DNA of 45,005 nucleotides from a virus (Duplodnaviria; Heunggongvirae; Uroviricota; Caudoviricetes): IMG/VR virus record IMGVR_UViG_2778261502_000007, positions 1 to 45,005 of that record; one strand, 5' to 3'. Shown piece by piece: positions 38,458 to 45,005 of this stretch (position 1 is its first letter; each line of letters starts with the position of its first letter). The notes under the pieces were generated by a model. It saw only the letters and a program-made list of their open reading frames with translations, ran no database searches and was not told where the DNA came from. The position numbers and the translations under genes were made by a program.

Positions 38458-38480
38458 CCCGCCGCAATCGGCGGGTTTTG
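38458..38480 (+). terminator. Intrinsic terminator closing the cassette
   Basis: CCCGCCG-CAAT-CGGCGGG plus TTTTG. Confidence 0.55.
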
Positions 38481-39047
38481 CATATTTACCGGATGTAGCT
38501 TCCGGTATGAGGTAAATTCTCGGGGGCAGTCTAACTGCTACTTATTGCTAGATACACATTTTTCAAAGTTTTTTATCATGTCATTCAAGACTGAATTCAT
38601 TGCCTCATGGGTTTTATGATCTATTCTTTATCTAGATAATCTTTATTATTTTTTTTGTGTTTTCTTTAGTGTCAGTAATTGCCTTTTTACATACTTGATA
38701 ATTAGAGAAATGACTGTGCCCATATCTTTTATATTATATGGGTTGTGTAAAGTGTTAGGAGGAATTATCATAATAAATATTGTCGAATTTCATTAACATT
38801 ATTCCAGATTTTCCATAGATGGAATCTGATAAGTATGCAGCATTCATATTTCCGGCAGTAAAGTTATCAGTATGACACAGAAAGCGCCGCCCGTATTTAA
38901 TTTTTAATCTATGCATAGCATCGTTGCAGGCTGCTCTTATTAGACGGGTATGATTATTGTCTTATTCTTTATCGCATGCTGAAATGAAAGAGTGGGTACA
39001 ATTAATAATAAAATTAATTTCTTCATAACTTATCCTTGAGATTAACT

Positions 39048-40274
39048 ATGTCAGAAATACCAATTACTATGACCAGTGCGGGTGCGCAGCCTACGCCACC
39101 CAATGACTTGCTCGCGAATCTTATCACCAGGGTTGCTGAAAAAGTACCTGGATATACAGCCAACCTTCCGGCGGGACTTATTACAGACCTTGCCAGCACG
39201 GCAGTCGGGGCGCTGGCATTAATAGACCAGGCGCGTGTTGATCTTATTAACTCCGTAAGCCCATACGGCGCGAATATTCCGTTACTGATGCAACTCGGAA
39301 ACATATATGGAGCACAGAAGGGATTAAGTACAAATACGGCTGTATACGTGGTGTTTGAGGCGTTGCCGGGGTTTGGTATCCCTAAAGGATTTGTGGTTGG
39401 AGACGGTAACTACCAGTATGCGGTTTCCCGCGATACGGTGGTGCCGGAAAGCGGGCAGACTGAGCCAGTCTACTGTGTGGCCACAACGTCAGGCTCATGG
39501 GCTGTACCGGAAGGAACCGTGACGCAGGTCATTACATCAGTACCCAAAGACCAGCCTGTAAAATGCACGAACCTTACCGCAGGAATGCCCGGTCAGGAGG
39601 CGCAGACGTGGGCATCTTACCGCGCCGAAGTCATGGAGTCCGGCATGTTTGGTGTGCAGGGAACACCGGATTGCTTTAAAGCGATGCTCAAATCAGTAAG
39701 CGGTGTGCGAGAAAACCTGATTTCTTTCCGGCAGCCGTCGTTGGGGAAATGGGTTGCGGTTGTTGGTGGTGGTGATCCGTATGATGTGGCTTATGCGATT
39801 TATAAATCTGTACCGGATATTTCGAAACTGACCAACGATGTAAGCAATCCATCCGGTGCGGCAGTGGAAAAACGCACGGTTTCAATAACCGTTTCGCCGG
39901 ACGTTTATCAGGTGCCATTCGTTATCCCGTCATCACAAAACGTCATGGTACTAATCACCTGGAACACGGTGTCTGATGATTATGTTGATCCGGCGGGTAT
40001 TGCTATGGCTGTGCAGCAAAACGTTGCTGATTACATCAATTCTATTGAAGTCGGCCACCCGATAAATCTGCTGCGAATCCAGGATATTTTTACCAGCTCC
40101 GTCAGATTGCTGGTTGATTCGACATTGATCTCAACAATCAGTGTGAGCATTGGCATTAACGGCCATATTGTTCTTCCGGCAAAAGACACAAGCCTGGTTT
40201 ATGGCGATACCTATTCCTATTTTTCGACGGTGGCATCACAGGTTCAGGTCAACAAGTATGCAATATCTGACTGA
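39048..40274 (+). CDS. Baseplate J-like protein (putative)
   Basis: 409 aa preceding gpI-like and fibre genes. Confidence 0.45.
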   Translation: MSEIPITMTSAGAQPTPPNDLLANLITRVAEKVPGYTANLPAGLITDLASTAVGALALIDQARVDLINSVSPYGANIPLLMQLGNIYGAQKGLSTNTAVYVVFEALPGFGIPKGFVVGDGNYQYAVSRDTVVPESGQTEPVYCVATTSGSWAVPEGTVTQVITSVPKDQPVKCTNLTAGMPGQEAQTWASYRAEVMESGMFGVQGTPDCFKAMLKSVSGVRENLISFRQPSLGKWVAVVGGGDPYDVAYAIYKSVPDISKLTNDVSNPSGAAVEKRTVSITVSPDVYQVPFVIPSSQNVMVLITWNTVSDDYVDPAGIAMAVQQNVADYINSIEVGHPINLLRIQDIFTSSVRLLVDSTLISTISVSIGINGHIVLPAKDTSLVYGDTYSYFSTVASQVQVNKYAISD

Positions 40275-40884
40275 GAAAATTCTTCCTGCTTATCCGTTTG
40301 TGCAGTACAGAGATGATCCGAATGTTGTTGCGTTCTTTGAAGCATACAATGAAATTGCTCAGGAATACCTCGATTCACTCAACAATCTGGCATTGCCATG
40401 CTGGACATCGGAATCAATAACCGGGCAGTTGCTGGACTGGATAGCACTTGGTATTTACGGTGTTGAAAGACCTTTACTACAGGTTTCAGAGGAGGCTATT
40501 GCGCGCGGTGCATACGATACCATTGAATACAATACGATCCCGTACGCAGCAATGCGGAATTACGTTCCGGGGCAGGCATCGTATGTCCCTGATGATTATT
40601 TCAAACGAATATTAACGTGGAATTTTTATAAGGCTGACGGTTCGCATTTCTGCATTGACTGGTTAAAGCGCCGTGTGGCGCGGTTCATTCATGGAAAAAA
40701 CGGAATAGACCCGCCGTTGCAGCACACTTTTGATGTGAGTGTGACAGTATTGGACAGCGTTTTTTCTGTTCAGATACCAGAGTATGGCGATGGCATCGGC
40801 TATTTTCTGAAAGATGCCATTGACCAGAAATATGTAAAACTCCCTTTTATTTATTCCTATGTAACAACGGTGATTCAAAAATGA
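40258..40884 (+). CDS. Baseplate/tail fibre attachment protein (gpI / Mu gp48-like, putative)
   Basis: Internal ATG of track ORF 40150..40884; position between J-like and fibre. Confidence 0.35.
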   Translation: MQYLTEKILPAYPFVQYRDDPNVVAFFEAYNEIAQEYLDSLNNLALPCWTSESITGQLLDWIALGIYGVERPLLQVSEEAIARGAYDTIEYNTIPYAAMRNYVPGQASYVPDDYFKRILTWNFYKADGSHFCIDWLKRRVARFIHGKNGIDPPLQHTFDVSVTVLDSVFSVQIPEYGDGIGYFLKDAIDQKYVKLPFIYSYVTTVIQK

Positions 40885-42434
40885 TTCTTGGATTCGGCAA
40901 TAACGTTGTTTCAGCACTGGCTGGTGATATTACGACGATTCAGACTGATATTCCGGTGATGCCTGGTACGGGGGCTAAATTTGCAAAATTGCTTTCTGCC
41001 GATTTTGAAAATAAATCAAACGGGCAACACGTCTATGCAAAAATTACGCTTACCGATAATAAAGAGTCTGCATTTGAGATTTGTCACCTGGTATCGGTAA
41101 GCGGTGATGTGCTGAAAGTCATTCGTGGGCAGGAAGGAACAACCGCGAAAGGTTGGTCCCTTAATGACGTTGTGGCTAACTTTGCCACGCGTGGATCGGA
41201 AAACTATTTCGTACAGATTGCGCAGCTTCAGAGCGGTCATTATATTGCGGGTGTTGCTGGCGGCACTGCAAATGCACTGACGCTGGAGCTTCCCGCGACG
41301 TTTTTTGTTAATGGAGGCTCGGACTGGACGCTACGAACCCCGATTATCGTTTTCCCCGTTCAGAACAATACCAACGCCGCAACGCTTCAATTGACACTGG
41401 GCGGAAAGGTTCTTGGTACGTTCCCACTTTATAAGGGGAACAAGTCCGGGCTGGTAGCGAATGATATCATTAAGGGTATTCCTTTGATTTGCCTTCTTGA
41501 TAGCGAGAAAAGCTATTTCAGCGTGATAAACCCCGGCAATATCTATTCAGATTTTGATCTGCGATATGTAAAAAAATCTGGTGATTTGATGACCGGGGAG
41601 CTGAAAATCCGTGGTGTTAATGCATTGAGGATTTTCAACGAAGCCTTTGGCCTTATTTTTCGTCGTTCGGAAGAGTGCCTGCATCTCATTCCCACTCGGG
41701 AAAATCAGGGTGAAAATGGTGATATTGGTCCTCTCCGTCCGTTCACCATTAACCTGCGGACGGGTGAGATATCCATGTCGCACAAAGTGTCTGTTGGCGG
41801 TGGTTCTCAGGTGAATGGTGCACTGGGTATCGGTGTTCAGAACGCGCTGGGCGGAAACTCAATTGCTCTCGGGGATAACGATACAGGTATAAAACAAAAC
41901 GGCGACGGCATTCTTGATGTTTATGCCAATGGACAGCATGTATTCCGTTTCCAGAATGGTGTGGCGATAGCGTTAAAAAATATTCAGGCCGGAAATGCTA
42001 AAAAATTCACGTTATCCAGCGCCAACAGTTCCACGAAGAACGCAACGTTTAATTTATGGGGTAATTCATCCCGACCTGTAGTTGCAGAGCTTGGCGATGA
42101 TTCTGGCTGGCATTTCTACAGTCAGAGAAATACTGATGGTAGTATCACATTCGCTGTAAACGGACAGATGACTCCATCAAACTATGGAAATTTTGATGCC
42201 CGTTACCAGCAGCGGAATGGCGGTGTGCAGGATGTGCGTTATGGTTCCGAAATGTATTACAACCCTGGCAGCAATGTAATCTCCTGGACATATCACGCTC
42301 CTGCGGGACACGGATTGTCAGGGATATCGATATCGGATACTGGTAAAAATTCAGCGGATAATGTCAACGGCGTGTATTACCGCCCGCTTCAGAAACTGAT
42401 TAATGGTACCTGGTATAACGTGGCGAGTGTTTAA
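40881..42434 (+). CDS. Tail fibre protein (cassette 1)
   Basis: 517 aa, Gly/Asn/Ser-rich beta repeats, followed by Tfa-like chaperone. Confidence 0.6.
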   Translation: MILGFGNNVVSALAGDITTIQTDIPVMPGTGAKFAKLLSADFENKSNGQHVYAKITLTDNKESAFEICHLVSVSGDVLKVIRGQEGTTAKGWSLNDVVANFATRGSENYFVQIAQLQSGHYIAGVAGGTANALTLELPATFFVNGGSDWTLRTPIIVFPVQNNTNAATLQLTLGGKVLGTFPLYKGNKSGLVANDIIKGIPLICLLDSEKSYFSVINPGNIYSDFDLRYVKKSGDLMTGELKIRGVNALRIFNEAFGLIFRRSEECLHLIPTRENQGENGDIGPLRPFTINLRTGEISMSHKVSVGGGSQVNGALGIGVQNALGGNSIALGDNDTGIKQNGDGILDVYANGQHVFRFQNGVAIALKNIQAGNAKKFTLSSANSSTKNATFNLWGNSSRPVVAELGDDSGWHFYSQRNTDGSITFAVNGQMTPSNYGNFDARYQQRNGGVQDVRYGSEMYYNPGSNVISWTYHAPAGHGLSGISISDTGKNSADNVNGVYYRPLQKLINGTWYNVASV

Positions 42435-42436
42435 TA

Positions 42437-42982
42437 ATGTTGCATTTAAAAAATATTACTACGGGCAATCCGAAAACCGCAGAACAATATCAGATGACAA
42501 AACAATATGATGTCACCTGGCTTTTTTCGGAAGACGGCAAAAACTGGTATGAAGAACTGACAAATTTTGCCAGTGACACAATAAAAATGGTTTACACCGG
42601 AGACGGGCGCGTGGTGTGGGTCGGTAAGGATGTGACAGGAATTGAACCCCGTAACGCCAGTGTTATTGAAGTTCCTGATATTACCGCCAACCGCCGCATT
42701 ACCGCACCGGGTTACTGGTTTTACCGCAATGATGAATTTGTTTTCGACTACAAATTAAAAGCAGAAGACGAACGCGATGCTCTGTTAAAGCAGGTCAGTA
42801 TCGTGACCAGCGAGTGGGAAAAAGACCTGCTGCTGGGATTAATCAGCGACGCAGACAGGGAAAAAATGAAAGCCTGGCGTATATATGCGAAATCGTTGCA
42901 GGCGATGGATTTCAGTGCCGTTACTGATAAAGTCTCATATAACGCCATTGAATGGCCCGTCTCTCCGGGAACCCTTTCCTGA
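42437..42982 (+). CDS. Tail fibre assembly chaperone (Tfa/gp38-like)
   Basis: 181 aa; N-terminal YDVTWLFSEDGKNWYEE pattern typical of Tfa. Confidence 0.55.
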   Translation: MLHLKNITTGNPKTAEQYQMTKQYDVTWLFSEDGKNWYEELTNFASDTIKMVYTGDGRVVWVGKDVTGIEPRNASVIEVPDITANRRITAPGYWFYRNDEFVFDYKLKAEDERDALLKQVSIVTSEWEKDLLLGLISDADREKMKAWRIYAKSLQAMDFSAVTDKVSYNAIEWPVSPGTLS

Positions 42983-43005
42983 TTTAATTTATCGCGAGAA
43001 AAACT

Positions 43006-44403
43006 ATGTCTGTAGTGATATCAGGTGCGCTGATTGATGGCGCAGGCATCCCCATGTCCGGATGCCACATAATTCTGAAATCCCGGGTAAACACCTCAGA
43101 AGTGGTGATGCGCACAGTTGCCGACGTGGTTACAGGAAACTGTGGCGAGTACTGTTTTAAGGCGCAGACCGGAAAATATTGCGTATATCTGAAACAGGAC
43201 TGGTGCGACGAGTACTGTGTTGGTGATATCTCAGTTTATTACGACTCAAAGCCCGGCACGCTGAACGACTTTCTGACCGCCCTTGATGAAGACGACCTGA
43301 AGCCGGATGTGGTGAAGCGTTTTGAGGAAATTGCAGATGCAGTCAACCGTCTCTCTGAACAGGTGAGTATTGACAAGGAGAAAGCAGAAGCAGCTGCTGA
43401 TGCTGCAAAAAATGCAGCATCAGCAGCTCTGGACAATACAAATAAGGCGGAGGAATTTAAAGAACAATCACGGAAGAATGCCGAAATCGCTGCGGGATGC
43501 GCGCAAAGTGCCGGACAGCACGCTTCGGATGCTGCACAAACTGAAAAGCAGGTGGAAATCCTGGCGACAGATATTCGACAGAATGCAGGCGATGTTTATC
43601 AGAACGTACAGCATGTTGAGCGTCTGGCATCAGAAGTTGCGCAGAATGCCAGCCAGGTGCATCAGAATACCCTGACAGTAACGGATGCAGCGCAGTCTGT
43701 GGAGCGGAATGCACAGCTGACAACGCAGTTAAGAAACGAAGCCGGTCGCTTTGCCGACGAATCCAGGAAAAGTTCAGAGGATGCAAAAGAGTACAGTGAC
43801 AGTGCCAGAAAAGCGGTCGATGAACTGAAATCTGTCGGTACTTATCCGGCAGGGATAGCTTTTGCATGGCCAGCGGATATTCCCCCGGAGGGGTTTGCAA
43901 TAATGCAGGGGCAGCCATTCGATAAATCTGCGTATCCACAACTGGCAGCTGTATTTCCGTCAGGTGTAATACCTGATATGCGGGGGTGGACAATAAAAGG
44001 CAAACCAGACGGGCGCGCAGTACTGTCTCATGAAGAGGATGGTGTTAAGCGGCACGGGCATACGGCAAAGGTATTACCGACGGATTTGGGAGCCAGGGAG
44101 ACAAGTTCCTTTGATTATGGCTCTAAAAGTACAGAGCATGGAGGATTGCATAATCACATTACCAACGGAGTCTGGACAGGTTCTACAACGAGGAACGGAG
44201 GAACAAAGTGGGACACGCCAGGATATATAGCGGATATAACAACCAGCAGCGGAGGCGAGCATGTGCATGTGGTTTATATCGGCCCGCATATTCATACCGT
44301 GGCACTGGGCGAGCATGGTCATGATGTCACAGTTGATGAGACGGGTAATGCAGAAAATACAGTTAAAAATATCGCGTTTAACTTCATTGTGAGACTGGCA
44401 TGA
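43006..44403 (+). CDS. stf: Side tail fibre protein, lambda Stf-like (short form)
   Basis: N-terminus [27 protein letters not shown]... and C-terminus ...[19 protein letters not shown] match lambda Stf ends as recalled; His-rich repeats. Confidence 0.75.
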   Translation: MSVVISGALIDGAGIPMSGCHIILKSRVNTSEVVMRTVADVVTGNCGEYCFKAQTGKYCVYLKQDWCDEYCVGDISVYYDSKPGTLNDFLTALDEDDLKPDVVKRFEEIADAVNRLSEQVSIDKEKAEAAADAAKNAASAALDNTNKAEEFKEQSRKNAEIAAGCAQSAGQHASDAAQTEKQVEILATDIRQNAGDVYQNVQHVERLASEVAQNASQVHQNTLTVTDAAQSVERNAQLTTQLRNEAGRFADESRKSSEDAKEYSDSARKAVDELKSVGTYPAGIAFAWPADIPPEGFAIMQGQPFDKSAYPQLAAVFPSGVIPDMRGWTIKGKPDGRAVLSHEEDGVKRHGHTAKVLPTDLGARETSSFDYGSKSTEHGGLHNHITNGVWTGSTTRNGGTKWDTPGYIADITTSSGGEHVHVVYIGPHIHTVALGEHGHDVTVDETGNAENTVKNIAFNFIVRLA

Positions 44404-45005
44404 CAAATTTCAAAATGAGTCCGGAATCGCGGACACTGAAAATTTATAACTTACGGGCTGATACAAAAGAGTATACAGGCGCAGGAGATGTTTATATTCC
44501 ACCGTATACGGGATTACCGGCGAACTGCACGCTTATCGAACCGCCAGAGGCTGGCCCCGGCCTGGTTGCCGTTTTCAACGATGCGCAGCAACAGTGGGAA
44601 GTTGTTGAAGATCACCGTGGGAAAACGGTATATGACACAGCCACCGGGAAGACATTGTGCATTTCCCGTCCGGGGGCTTTGCCGGATGATGTCACCACTT
44701 TACCGCCAGAGGGGGAATTCCATCAATGGGATGGTGCGAAATGGATAAAAGACGACGAGGCCGAAAGGGCGGCGAAAATTCGTGACGCTGAACGGGAGAA
44801 GCAAAAATTACTTCAGGAGATAATGGAAAAAACACAGCTGTGGCAAACGTGGCTGTCACTTGGGATTATCAGCGAAGCTGATAAAAAATCACTCAGGGAG
44901 TGGATGTTGTATGCCCAAAAAGTTGAAGCGACGGACACATCTGAATTACCTGTGAGATTTCCCGACAAACCTCTTATTGTGGGTGAGCTATCCGGTGCGT
45001 TGTAA
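44400..45005 (+). CDS. tfa: Tail fibre assembly protein, lambda Tfa-like
   Basis: ...[32 protein letters not shown]...[13 protein letters not shown]... closely parallels lambda Tfa as recalled; ends TAA at 45003-45005. Confidence 0.75.
   Translation: MTNFKMSPESRTLKIYNLRADTKEYTGAGDVYIPPYTGLPANCTLIEPPEAGPGLVAVFNDAQQQWEVVEDHRGKTVYDTATGKTLCISRPGALPDDVTTLPPEGEFHQWDGAKWIKDDEAERAAKIRDAEREKQKLLQEIMEKTQLWQTWLSLGIISEADKKSLREWMLYAQKVEATDTSELPVRFPDKPLIVGELSGAL

Noticed and set aside
43457-43993. 178 aa minus-strand ORF
   Set aside because: Antisense to the Stf-like fibre gene.

Overview
The whole 45 kb window reads as one mosaic prophage of enterobacterial type; nothing here looks like host core genome. 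Layout, left to right: (1) a leftward early operon of Rac type (recE 5' part running off the window start, racC, ydaE, kilR); (2) an immunity region with an XRE-family repressor flanked by two clusters of GTAC-core operator repeats, divergent Cro-like and YdaT-like genes, and two small accessory genes at the sieB/ydaFG position; (3) replication genes (O-like initiator with internal iteron-like repeats, DnaC-like loader); (4) a nin-like region (tandem winged-helix protein, Ead/Ea22-like, DUF551-like, hok/sok type I toxin locus, YbcO-like, Q-family antiterminator); (5) two tRNA genes followed by a ~2 kb ORF-poor stretch full of hairpins, terminators and a repeated structured motif; (6) a lysis cassette (two holin-like membrane proteins, GH108-type endolysin, small membrane proteins and a lipoprotein); (7) a ParB-like and GT-A-like gene pair, then terminase small and large subunits, portal, head genes and major capsid; (8) a contractile-tail module (sheath, tube, chaperone with a -1 frameshift site, tape measure with a lytic transglycosylase motif, baseplate); (9) two tail fibre plus chaperone cassettes, the last being lambda Stf/Tfa-like. 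The best candidate for an undescribed system is a self-contained cassette at 37404-38480, inserted between baseplate genes: extended -10 promoter, perfect palindromic operator, a 190 aa protein of unknown fold translationally coupled to a 138 aa YafO-like toxin, and its own terminator. All family assignments come from reading the translations and recalling motifs and reference sequences from memory; no database search, HMM scan or folding was run, so names are hypotheses and gene starts are approximate. ORF-track entries antisense to these genes are treated as spurious.
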